Origin: a virus
Taxonomy: Duplodnaviria > Caudoviricetes
Virus record (IMG/VR): IMGVR_UViG_3300028805_000041
Coordinates: 96,001 to 160,000 of that record
Direction: 5' to 3' (one strand)
Length of the DNA: 64,000 bases
Below, piece by piece: positions 1 through 9,355 of the stretch. The position numbers and the translations under genes are program-made. Numbering within the stretch: the stretch's first letter is position 1; every line of letters starts with the position of its first letter. Under the pieces are notes generated by a model, which saw only the letters and a list, made by a program, of their open reading frames with translations, had not been told where the DNA came from and ran no database searches.

Positions 1-485
1 TCCTGTGTTCTTTTTATTGTTTTAAGATTCTCCCTCTTGTTCCTTAACTGTTTCTTTAGATATCCGTTGATTGGGTCTTTTGAATCGGTATCGTGAACTA
101 TCTTGTCAGCTGTATTTACTGACACCCTACCGTTTTTTTTTATATTGTCAGTTCTTTTACCCGGTGTCAGTTGATTCATAACACGCTGTGGTATTTCGAT
201 GTCAGTGTTTTTAAGATTCTGATTCTGTTCCTCAAGAGGATATGAATGATAATAGTGTGAGCCGAAGAACGGATATCCGTTCCTGCATTCTTCACGCCCA
301 AGAAGGTCCGTTATTATAGCGTCAACCCTGTCGCCCCTCTCGTCTTTGTCCGATGTTCCAATCTCAGTATCATTATATGATTCCTTGTTGTCCTCATACT
401 GCTCAGGATTATATGCGCCACCGAAGCCGATATTTTCGTTAATGAGCCTTCTGATTTGTGATTCAGTAAATATAACTTTTCTCAT
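1..485 (-). CDS. Partial (runs off window) putative head/internal virion protein with LTES/INE-type leader
   Basis: Not in ORF track; manual translation from ATG at 485 gives MRKVIFTESQIRRLINENIGFGG..., open to position 1; TATTTAT motif about 24 nt upstream. Confidence 0.75.
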   Translation of the reverse strand, partial: MRKVIFTESQIRRLINENIGFGGAYNPEQYEDNKESYNDTEIGTSDKDERGDRVDAIITDLLGREECRNGYPFFGSHYYHSYPLEEQNQNLKNTDIEIPQRVMNQLTPGKRTDNIKKNGRVSVNTADKIVHDTDSKDPINGYLKKQLRNKRENLKTIKRTQ

Positions 486-508
486 TTTTAAACGTAGTTT
501 ACTACCTA

Positions 509-522
509 ATAAATATATTTAT
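509..522. promoter_or_regulatory. Back-to-back divergent TATTTAT motifs (putative late promoters)
   Basis: Perfect palindrome ATAAATATATTTAT centred between ATG 485 (-) and ATG 547 (+). Confidence 0.65.
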
Positions 523-546
523 CATTGAAAATAACTTAATTATCAG

Positions 547-2685
547 ATGTCTATTTTAAACAAATATAAGGAGTGGAAGACATATTTCAGATTACTTTAC
601 GACAAATATATTGATTTTGTACTGTCAGTCGATGATACAAAGGGAATACCTGTTGACGGAAAAATGACTGAAAAGTGTCTGTCGGCATATATTGACACTA
701 ATGAAAGTGACTGTTATTGTGATGACAGCCTGTGTTCTCTTGTTGCCTATAAGTATGACAAGTCAGTAAATGACGGTTGTGTACTTAGGGATATCGGTTA
801 TACGGGTATCGACAATGGTCTGATTGCATATAGGAAAGGTGAGATAACAAACCAAGAATTTTTCGATATTTTCACGGGTTCAACAATAGAAGTCAAGGCG
901 GGTGATATGAGACTCCACGTAAAACCCGTAACAGGAAACACAGGACTATACACATATGACTACGATGTAATAGAAAATGAAAAAGACGGAAAATATTATG
1001 CTTTGAAGGGCGGTTTCCTTCAGGGATTCTATAAACTATTCGGTTTTGACTATGAAACACTTCCAACGGTCATTGAAGACGAGTGGAATCTTGAATTTGT
1101 AATTCGTCCTAAGGATTATGAACAGAAGGACGACACTCTCAATAATACACATACGGATACCGAAGGAATATTCTTCTATATGGGAACAAGAGCGGAAAAC
1201 AAGTTCGCACAGTTCTATAACATAGACCTTAGCAAATACGAAACGAGAGAGGGGTATGACAAATATTCTTCAAGATGTCAAAGTCTAAAGGATGGTGTCG
1301 GTTATTTTGCTTGGGAGGAACCGTCTTGTACACATATAAATGACTCCTGCGATTATATAAAACCGCTTGATCTGTATGAATACGAACAGGTTTATGACGG
1401 ATATTATGAGAAAGTCACGCCCGATGAGAAACCTGATGAAAAAGAAGAAAAGGAAGAAGAAAAAAGGGATAAAATGTCAATAAACAAGAAAAGTATGTTT
1501 ATGTGGCAATATTTCTTCAACAGATACGGGTGGAATGAGCACAGTTGTTGCTGTAAGGAAAAATGCTGTGGCTGTGAGGAAAAGGAAGAAGAGAAAGAAG
1601 AAGAAAAGGAACCTGAATGCAATTGTGAGGGTGTACCTTGCAATGAGTGTGCAAATGAATATTTCGGTGACGGGTATATAATGCAATGTAATACATGTAC
1701 ACCTGCCTGTGAAACAGATGATTGTGGAGGATATTTTTCTGATGGATATAAGGTGACATTAGATTGTGACAATGGAACGTTCGTAGAAGATAACAGTGAT
1801 TATCTTGTGGACGATGTATCACTGTCAGGTATTACAACATTGGAAACAACAGAAGGTAGGACACATCTTGAAGATTATACGGGTTATTTTGAAATAGAGA
1901 CGGACAACAAGTTCATAACACATAACAGAACCAAGACAGGATGTACGGTAAACAAGTGTTTTGATGAAGATGGCAAGATTGTCCTGACGGGATTCACGAA
2001 TAATTACAAGGGCAATCTCTTCCTTGATGTAAATAGGACAAAGACAGGCTACACGGTAAACAACATTGATGACCTGTACGGAAAATATGAAAACACACCA
2101 CATTATGACATTCTTAAGGACATAAAGGGAAATTGTTTTGCACTAAGAGTAAGGGAAGATGGAAGCATCGGATACAGATATCTTGTACAGGATTGTGATG
2201 CAGAAGAAGGATGGTCGATAAAAGAGGAATATTCATTTCCAAATATAGTGAAAAAAGACGAATGGAGCACAATTAATGTCAAGTTTGATGTATTGAACGG
2301 ATTATTGGACGATTGTGGTAAACCTCTTGGACCAAGAAAAATAAAAATCTATATCTATGTAAACGGTTATCTCAAGTTTGTTTCCAAGGAATTGCCTGAC
2401 TTTAATTTCAGGGAATTGGCTGAAACGTATGAGAGACAAGAGGCTGTGCCGTATAATATTTCAATTGGGGGAGGAACAATGGGACTGTGTGACAGTGTAT
2501 GGCTTGACTATTACGCACCATTCCCGAAAATATTGCCAATTGAAAAAAACTTTGCGGGAACATTTATAGGTGACATACGTTCATTCAAATTCTACAATTG
2601 CTCACTACAATACAACGAAATTAAAAATAATCACACAAGTGTTGTGGACAAATACAAGAGAATAACTATTTATTATAAAATATAG
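547..2685 (+). CDS. Virion structural protein with LamG/concanavalin-like C-terminal region and Cys/Glu-rich insert
   Basis: 712 aa; C-terminal W..I.V.F...IYIYVNG.L...ISIGG...FIGDIRSFKFYN pattern typical of LamG folds; heads fibre cluster; late motif. Confidence 0.55.
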   Translation: MSILNKYKEWKTYFRLLYDKYIDFVLSVDDTKGIPVDGKMTEKCLSAYIDTNESDCYCDDSLCSLVAYKYDKSVNDGCVLRDIGYTGIDNGLIAYRKGEITNQEFFDIFTGSTIEVKAGDMRLHVKPVTGNTGLYTYDYDVIENEKDGKYYALKGGFLQGFYKLFGFDYETLPTVIEDEWNLEFVIRPKDYEQKDDTLNNTHTDTEGIFFYMGTRAENKFAQFYNIDLSKYETREGYDKYSSRCQSLKDGVGYFAWEEPSCTHINDSCDYIKPLDLYEYEQVYDGYYEKVTPDEKPDEKEEKEEEKRDKMSINKKSMFMWQYFFNRYGWNEHSCCCKEKCCGCEEKEEEKEEEKEPECNCEGVPCNECANEYFGDGYIMQCNTCTPACETDDCGGYFSDGYKVTLDCDNGTFVEDNSDYLVDDVSLSGITTLETTEGRTHLEDYTGYFEIETDNKFITHNRTKTGCTVNKCFDEDGKIVLTGFTNNYKGNLFLDVNRTKTGYTVNNIDDLYGKYENTPHYDILKDIKGNCFALRVREDGSIGYRYLVQDCDAEEGWSIKEEYSFPNIVKKDEWSTINVKFDVLNGLLDDCGKPLGPRKIKIYIYVNGYLKFVSKELPDFNFRELAETYERQEAVPYNISIGGGTMGLCDSVWLDYYAPFPKILPIEKNFAGTFIGDIRSFKFYNCSLQYNEIKNNHTSVVDKYKRITIYYKI

Positions 2686-2691
2686 TAAACC

Positions 2692-4734
2692 ATGATTAAT
2701 AAAAAAGGAGTAACCTATTATAAGTTAGAGTCGGATTACCCCGGTGATGTTACCAAATACTGCGGTTTGTCCGGTGTTGAGATAGATGCCAACTTCCATT
2801 TTCTTAGAGGACAGGATGTTAGGGATGTATCATTTGATTCTGAAAAGGGCGAACTTACGATTACACGCGTTGACGGTAGCCAAATTATAGTCGAGGGCGT
2901 AAAGAGTGAGATTGAAACCAAGATAGAAACCATAGTTGAAAAACATTTTGAGGAAATCACACTTAGAGGAACCTATTTTGATGAAGACAAAATGGAACTC
3001 CATCTCGTCATTAACGACGATGAAGTTGTGATAGGCGGATTTAGGGCTGAAAAAACGGTGTTTAGTGATGACACACTATTTGGAATTGGTTCCGATACTA
3101 ATCCGCTTGGCGTTCTCAGAACCATTATGACCGGTTTCCATCTCCCGGCAAAGGGATATGTTGATATGATTGCAGGTGAACAGTTACCAAGCGTTGTTGA
3201 GAAACACGATGTGTACCTTTCACGTGAAAATATCAGTTCTTATGGTCTTCTCTACAACTATGAGGGTGTTGAGAGAATCAAGTCCATTTTAAGCGGAAAT
3301 CTCGCAGGATGGCGTGTTCCAACAAGCAAGGAATGGGGTGAAATGCTCAACTATCTTGAGGACTGTGACGATAGAAACCATAACTCAGAAATTACAGGTG
3401 ATGTCTTGGGCGCAAGAGCCGGACTCTATATCAAGTCAAAGAATGGAGAATGGGACATTGATCCTTCAGAATATGAGGGTTGTGTTGACTCATATCTCTT
3501 TAACGCACTTCCAACAGGTTATGCAAGAAGGGATGGTACGCACCATTGCTTCGGTGAAATGACCACATTCTGGACGGCTGACAAATATGAAGGCATTAAT
3601 AACGTATATTGCCGAAGAATTGATGACCACGAGGATGGCGTATACAAGATTGCAGAAGGTCTATATTACTACTATAGTCTTAGATTGGTTAGGGACTATG
3701 AAGGTTCTTTCTCTGAAATTGAAACCATTAGTGGTGTACCTTATCACACGGTTCTTATGCCTTATATTGATGAAAGCGGAAATACGGGTACAAAAGTTTG
3801 GACACGAGACAATGTTTCATTTACCGAACTCTTGGGCGGAACGAATGATAGTGAGATGCATCAAAGGGATTTAGAAAATCCATTAGCACTACCGGTTGTT
3901 GACCAAAGAACCGGAGAAGTTGTAAGTGGTGCAACCAAGTACTTTGTTAATGCATGGGCAGGTGAACATTGGGAAAAAAGAGAACTTCTTGAAAATGAGG
4001 TAATACCATTGGCTGTCGGTCCTGACGGTTCTAGAAATGAACAGTGGGTTCTAATTAATGGTGAACTGTTAAAAGTAACGGATATAACTAACGAGCACGC
4101 TTATAATTCGCTCATTGGACCAATATCCGGTATGATATATGACGAACAAGTGGCAAGAGAACAGGAAGATGCAAATATTCGTGAAGAACTTGCTTCTGAA
4201 GTATCGGCAAGGACTGAAGCCGACAATCAGATAATGAATGCATTAGATGCTGAAATATCTGCAAGGACTGAGTCTGATAATCAGATAATGGGTGCATTGA
4301 ATGATGAGGTATCTGCGAGGACTGAGGCTGACAATAACATAATGGATGCACTTAATGCTGAAACATCAGCAAGAACTGAGGCTGACTATCAATTAACGGA
4401 CGCACTTAATGTTGAAATCTCAGAAAGAATTGATGCTGACGGACGAATGGCAGAGGACTTGGAGGCTGAGGCATTTACAAGATCGGAAGCCGACAATCAG
4501 ATAACAGATGCTTTGAATGCTGAAATATCCGCGAGGACTGAGGCTGATAACACATTCGATGAAAGACTTAATGATGAGATTCAGACAAGAGAGGCAAATG
4601 ACATTAAAGTTCAGGAATATTTGATTAAGGCAAGTAAACCTGATTGTGGAACAACGCTTCTTACAAATGGTGGTGATGAAATAAAAATCGCTTTTGATGG
4701 AAACTTCGGTGAATTTGTTGGAGAAGAAGTATAA
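2692..4734 (+). CDS. Tail fibre/adhesin with Fib_succ_major (C-type lectin fold) domain and coiled-coil repeats
   Basis: YGLLYNY, GWRVPTSKEW, AGLYIKS, FNALPTG, FWT, SLRLVRD motifs; 18-aa repeats near C-terminus; TATTTAT at 2667-2673. Confidence 0.7.
   Translation: MINKKGVTYYKLESDYPGDVTKYCGLSGVEIDANFHFLRGQDVRDVSFDSEKGELTITRVDGSQIIVEGVKSEIETKIETIVEKHFEEITLRGTYFDEDKMELHLVINDDEVVIGGFRAEKTVFSDDTLFGIGSDTNPLGVLRTIMTGFHLPAKGYVDMIAGEQLPSVVEKHDVYLSRENISSYGLLYNYEGVERIKSILSGNLAGWRVPTSKEWGEMLNYLEDCDDRNHNSEITGDVLGARAGLYIKSKNGEWDIDPSEYEGCVDSYLFNALPTGYARRDGTHHCFGEMTTFWTADKYEGINNVYCRRIDDHEDGVYKIAEGLYYYYSLRLVRDYEGSFSEIETISGVPYHTVLMPYIDESGNTGTKVWTRDNVSFTELLGGTNDSEMHQRDLENPLALPVVDQRTGEVVSGATKYFVNAWAGEHWEKRELLENEVIPLAVGPDGSRNEQWVLINGELLKVTDITNEHAYNSLIGPISGMIYDEQVAREQEDANIREELASEVSARTEADNQIMNALDAEISARTESDNQIMGALNDEVSARTEADNNIMDALNAETSARTEADYQLTDALNVEISERIDADGRMAEDLEAEAFTRSEADNQITDALNAEISARTEADNTFDERLNDEIQTREANDIKVQEYLIKASKPDCGTTLLTNGGDEIKIAFDGNFGEFVGEEV
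4144..4602 (+). repeat. About 8 tandem 54-bp coding repeats (E-I/V-SARTEADNQI.DALNA)
   Basis: Units start at 4198, 4252, 4306, 4360, 4414, 4468, 4522, with degenerate flanking units at 4144 and 4576. Confidence 0.9.
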
Positions 4735-4773
4735 CAAGCCAAAATAAGAACCTATTAAAGAAAAATAAAAACA

Positions 4774-7719
4774 ATGGTTGGAAGATTACAATTTGTACAC
4801 GATAATAAACTTTATACAAGCAAGGAGGCAATAAAGGCAATGCTTGACGTTACCGTTAAGGACGTTGACGGTAAGTATGCGTTGTTTGCAGAACCTATTG
4901 TATTTAAGTATGGTGAAGACAGTGCCGACACAAGCACTTGGAACATAGTATTGGCTATAGGAAAGTATGGTGATGGTACTCAACATTCAAAGAATGAGTA
5001 TTTCCTGATCGATACCGCATCTTTGGAAAAAGATGTTGCTGAGATAAGGGACGAACTTGCAAATGACAGCAATGAACTTGGCAGGATTAATGATGCGATA
5101 ACTTCATTAACTGAAAGGATAACAGCCGCCGAAGGTAATATAGAACAATTGTTCGGTGAGATAGAAAGAGTTGATGTAGAATTGGCTAAGAAACTCGAAT
5201 TTCCCGACCTGAAACTCGTATATGACCCAAAGAGCGACCCAAACAATGACGGTGCAATCAGGCTTGAGTGGAACGGACACACATATACGGAAACACAGTC
5301 TATACCAATTAGGGACTTCATAAAAGATGCAATGGTACAAGAAGCCAATGTCATTGTGAAGGAAGACGGTAATCCGTATTTGCACATTGTATGGAATGAG
5401 GACTCAGAAAAGGGAACAACTGACATTCCACTTAATATGCTTGTTGACATTTATACAATTGATGGTGGAGACGGTTCAACGGAATATCTTAGGATTGATG
5501 AACATAATGCCATCCATATAAACGTATGGGATGGTAACGGTTATCCTTACGATGGTCTCGCTACGGGAAGTCAGGTACATGACCTTAGTGATAGTTTGAA
5601 TGAACGAATAGATGAGACTGAAAACAACCTCACTAACAGGATTGACAATGTTGAAAATACCCTTAATACCAAAATAGACGGTGTTGAAGATACATTAGAT
5701 GACAAAATCAATAATGTTGAAAATAGTCTAAATGCTGCAATAACATCAGCAAGGACTGATTTGGCTACTGAAACCGTTGCACGCATCAATGCTGACGAGG
5801 ATATTATTCACGACCTTAACTTACTGTCCGGCACCGTTATTTCGAATAAAACAAACGCTGATTCGGAGATAGCAGGACTTAAGAATAAAGATATTGAATT
5901 GACCAATGCAATTAGTGGAATACCATCATATAATTTGGTTAAGACAAATGAATTACAATATTATTTCCTTGTCAACAATGAAGTAAAGACAATAATCGAT
6001 ATCCCCAAGGATATGTTTATAAAGAGTGCTGAAGTAAGGGATGGTTACATTTACATCTACATGAATGCACTTGATGATGACGGAAATGTCATTTATGTTT
6101 CATTCCCAATAGATGGCCTTATTGATGTATACACAGTTGACAGCAACTCAGCAACCTATATGAGTATTGATGATTATAACGTGTCTCTTAAGGTTGATGT
6201 ACCAAACGGTCTGGCTTCGTATGCCACTGCATCTGCGTTGGATACAAAAATTAATAACGTTAATTCAGGACTTAACAATTCCGTAAATGAAATAGAAAAT
6301 TCAATTGATAATATCAATTTGGAATTGGCAAAGAAACTTGAAAACGGTGATTTGGGCATAGTTTATGACAGTGAACAGAAGGTCATAAAACTGACTGGTA
6401 AAAACGGACAATTACTTGGTGTTATACCCGCAAATGACTTCGTAAAAGACGGTATGATAGAACACGTTGAACTTGTTGATAATAGCATTGTTATAACATG
6501 GAATACAGACGGTGGTGGCGACATTACTGTAATACCATTGTCAGGACTGATAAAGATTTACAGGGTTGCTGAGGATTCACAAAATTACCTGTCAATCAAT
6601 CAGGATACCAATGAGATTTCAATAAAGATAGGAAATACTGAAAACACACTTGGTCTTGCATCATATACCCAATACAAGGAAGTCAAGGATATTGTCGGAG
6701 ACGGAATAGCCGATACAACACTGACAAGGGAAATAGAAATCCTGAAGGAAAAAACCGATACTCAGGAAAGCGGAATCTATTCGCCTGAATTGGATGGCAA
6801 TGTAAGAACCCCATTTGCAGTGGGTGGTATTCCAACAGGTACAACCGTAAGTTATCTTAGTGGAAAGACAATGACAGAAATGTTCAATGAAATTCTCTTC
6901 CCAGAGGTTTATCCTTTAGTAGCAACGAAACCATCCGTTACCGCAATAAATGGTGGCTCAGTGGTTGGTGGTGAAGTAGAAGATATTGTAAATGGTATTG
7001 CATTATTTGGGGATGAATTAACTATTGATGCTGTTACAGCAACAGTTAGTAATGGTAAATTCAATGCATCATTTACACTACCAGCACAACCATCACCAAT
7101 TTATACAACAGGATTAACATTATCCGTAGAATATACCGGGTTAAAAAACGCTTCTGCTTCAGCAGAAAGTCAATGGAGGGGATATGCTGGACTTGGAAAT
7201 AATACTATTACTTGGACTGCACAGATGAATTACTCCGCACCAACAAATAAACCAGTTACAAGCTTTGGTAATGAAACCACTGAAACCGGTAAAACTACAA
7301 GTAATGGCGCAGCTGTTTGGACTAACGGTTCTTCGATTAAAACCAAAACAACCACAATTAAGGGTGTTTATCCAATATTCACTAATGTCGCCGGTTCAGA
7401 TATAATTTTTACTACTGTTTTATTTGAACCACTGTTCTCGGGAACAACAAGTCCTGAAATAAGTGTTCCTTCTGAATCTATAAGTCAAAAACACTTCATT
7501 TTAGACTATCCGGCATATTTAAGAGTTACACATTTCTATATCAAAGACTTGTCAGGTAATTTTGTAGATTTCAGTGCACCATATAATGCTGAATCTGAAA
7601 TTGTATCCCACAATGTAAACAGAACACCTGTTCAATATAAGAGACTTGTTACAACCGGTAGTTTACTTGGTCCTTGTGTATATAAGATAGTCTTCAGTAA
7701 GAATATGATGGGTGAATAA
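4774..7719 (+). CDS. Tail fibre-like structural protein with internal repeats
   Basis: 981 aa; three IP..DF.KD.M...IP(L/I)..L.D.Y modules alternating with coiled-coil; Thr/Ser-rich beta C-terminus. Confidence 0.6.
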   Translation: MVGRLQFVHDNKLYTSKEAIKAMLDVTVKDVDGKYALFAEPIVFKYGEDSADTSTWNIVLAIGKYGDGTQHSKNEYFLIDTASLEKDVAEIRDELANDSNELGRINDAITSLTERITAAEGNIEQLFGEIERVDVELAKKLEFPDLKLVYDPKSDPNNDGAIRLEWNGHTYTETQSIPIRDFIKDAMVQEANVIVKEDGNPYLHIVWNEDSEKGTTDIPLNMLVDIYTIDGGDGSTEYLRIDEHNAIHINVWDGNGYPYDGLATGSQVHDLSDSLNERIDETENNLTNRIDNVENTLNTKIDGVEDTLDDKINNVENSLNAAITSARTDLATETVARINADEDIIHDLNLLSGTVISNKTNADSEIAGLKNKDIELTNAISGIPSYNLVKTNELQYYFLVNNEVKTIIDIPKDMFIKSAEVRDGYIYIYMNALDDDGNVIYVSFPIDGLIDVYTVDSNSATYMSIDDYNVSLKVDVPNGLASYATASALDTKINNVNSGLNNSVNEIENSIDNINLELAKKLENGDLGIVYDSEQKVIKLTGKNGQLLGVIPANDFVKDGMIEHVELVDNSIVITWNTDGGGDITVIPLSGLIKIYRVAEDSQNYLSINQDTNEISIKIGNTENTLGLASYTQYKEVKDIVGDGIADTTLTREIEILKEKTDTQESGIYSPELDGNVRTPFAVGGIPTGTTVSYLSGKTMTEMFNEILFPEVYPLVATKPSVTAINGGSVVGGEVEDIVNGIALFGDELTIDAVTATVSNGKFNASFTLPAQPSPIYTTGLTLSVEYTGLKNASASAESQWRGYAGLGNNTITWTAQMNYSAPTNKPVTSFGNETTETGKTTSNGAAVWTNGSSIKTKTTTIKGVYPIFTNVAGSDIIFTTVLFEPLFSGTTSPEISVPSESISQKHFILDYPAYLRVTHFYIKDLSGNFVDFSAPYNAESEIVSHNVNRTPVQYKRLVTTGSLLGPCVYKIVFSKNMMGE

Positions 7720-7796
7720 AAAAAACATAAAGAATAAGTATTGATAATTTACAAAAAATAACTAATTATTTATATAGTTAACAAAAAGAATAAAAG

Positions 7797-8360
7797 ATGG
7801 CAAAATATACAAATCCAATACAATGGGGTGCTCCGTTTGGTATAACTGGTGAAGCACCTATTGATTCACGAATGGTTGTTGATAGAGAAGAAGATCTATA
7901 TAAAACCGAGACTTGGTATCCGGTTGGTGGTGCAAAAACTCCTGTTTATGACGGTATGGCTGTTACTGTTTTGGATAAGGCTTGTTTTTATATTCTATTA
8001 GACAGCAGTGATTATACAAATCCGGCTTCTTGGACAAGCGTTTGTGGCGGTGGTGGTACAGGACCTGGTATCTATGGTTGCGGATGTCAGGGAAGTCAAG
8101 GAAGTCAGGGTGGAAAACCCGGATGCTGTGTATGTGTTGACAGTTATGTCGACGCCGATACAGGCGATGTCCTCTTGGAGGGTGGTTGTATTGATGATGT
8201 TATCGAACGTCTTTTAGGAAGAATTCTTGATTTGGAGGATAAGTTAAGCTCGGCAATAACAATGATTGAGTCTGTTGATCCAAATATAATAATAGAAGGT
8301 TATAGCGATAATCCATCCGGAGGTAAAATTGCTCACATAAAATTAGGTGGAGTAGGATAG
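7797..8360 (+). CDS. Small structural (fibre-associated) protein
   Basis: PIDSR.VV...YDGMAVTV...YIL...DYTN..SW motif seen in phage fibre proteins; Gly/Cys-rich linker; TATTTAT at 7767-7773. Confidence 0.5.
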   Translation: MAKYTNPIQWGAPFGITGEAPIDSRMVVDREEDLYKTETWYPVGGAKTPVYDGMAVTVLDKACFYILLDSSDYTNPASWTSVCGGGGTGPGIYGCGCQGSQGSQGGKPGCCVCVDSYVDADTGDVLLEGGCIDDVIERLLGRILDLEDKLSSAITMIESVDPNIIIEGYSDNPSGGKIAHIKLGGVG

Positions 8361-8368
8361 TAAATAAG

Positions 8369-8397
8369 ACGGGGTTTTTAAACCCCGTTTTTTTTTT
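8369..8397 (+). terminator. Intrinsic terminator
   Basis: ACGGGGTTT/AAACCCCGT stem followed by T-run. Confidence 0.85.
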
Positions 8398-8461
8398 CTT
8401 TACAATATTGCCATAAACAGTTATTTTTTATTTAAAAGCGTAACAATACGATAACCGAGTT

Positions 8462-9322
8462 ATGGGAATATTAAAAGGTGTCTTCAAATATACCTTTTTG
8501 ATAATGAACATTTTATCATATAAAGTATATGGACAAGAAATTTTAATTGACAAACAAAATGAGGCGAGTGTTACGGATTCTTTTACATTTGTTGGTTTTT
8601 TTGAAAGGGAGATAGAAGAGTGTCCGAAATTTGGTTTTTATAACATAACAGAACATAATTACACGAGCCAAGAAGTTGAGTCAACGGAGAAAAGGATTGA
8701 CTTAACCACTTTTCGTATACCTTGTAAAAGTAATAATGTCACGTCAAGTTTCGGTTATCGTAAAAGTTTCAGAAGGAACCATTACGGGACCGACATAAAG
8801 GTTTTTGTCGGTGACACAATATATTCAATATTTAGTGGTGTTGTTTCACTTGTTGCATTTGATAAAAACGGATATGGAAAATATGTCAGAATAAAACACG
8901 ATAACGGTTTTGAGACATTGTATGCCCATCTTTCAAAACATCTTGTTACTAAAAATCAGAGAGTGTTTGCGGGTGAGCCAATCGGACTTGGTGGAAACAC
9001 GGGAAGAAGTACCGGTTCTCATCTTCATTTTGAAATTCGTCTGAATGGAAAACACGTAAATCCTGAGGACCTATTCTCATTTGAACACAGGAAACCATTA
9101 ATGGAACATATTTTAGTGGATAATGGAAAAATAATCAAAAACGAGTTGACTAAGGAAACTATAGAGGAAAAAGAAAAAAGCGAAATTCTACATAAGGTTA
9201 AACGTGGTGAAACATTGTCTATGATTGCCAACAAGTATAAAATGTCTGTTGACGGTTTGAAAAAGAAGAACGGACTAACAAAAAACACGATATTTGTCGG
9301 ACAAGTATTACGCTGTTCATAA
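8462..9322 (+). CDS. M23 family peptidase with C-terminal LysM domain
   Basis: HYGTD, YAHLS, GNTGRSTGSHLHFEIR; LysM HKVKRGETLSMIA...IFVGQVL. Confidence 0.93.
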   Translation: MGILKGVFKYTFLIMNILSYKVYGQEILIDKQNEASVTDSFTFVGFFEREIEECPKFGFYNITEHNYTSQEVESTEKRIDLTTFRIPCKSNNVTSSFGYRKSFRRNHYGTDIKVFVGDTIYSIFSGVVSLVAFDKNGYGKYVRIKHDNGFETLYAHLSKHLVTKNQRVFAGEPIGLGGNTGRSTGSHLHFEIRLNGKHVNPEDLFSFEHRKPLMEHILVDNGKIIKNELTKETIEEKEKSEILHKVKRGETLSMIANKYKMSVDGLKKKNGLTKNTIFVGQVLRCS

Positions 9323-9323
9323 A

Positions 9324-9351
9324 AAAAACCGGTGGAAAATCACCGGTTTTT
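9324..9351. terminator. Bidirectional terminator
   Basis: AAAAACCGGTG-loop-CACCGGTTTTT between convergent genes. Confidence 0.85.
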
Positions 9352-9355
9352 AGTT

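Noticed and set aside
3560-3700. DGR variable region in the C-lectin-fold domain
   Set aside because: No reverse transcriptase and no adenine-variant template repeat seen in this window; cannot be excluded elsewhere in the genome
4144-4602. CRISPR-like array (also 49800-49964)
   Set aside because: In-frame degenerate coding repeats without unique spacers
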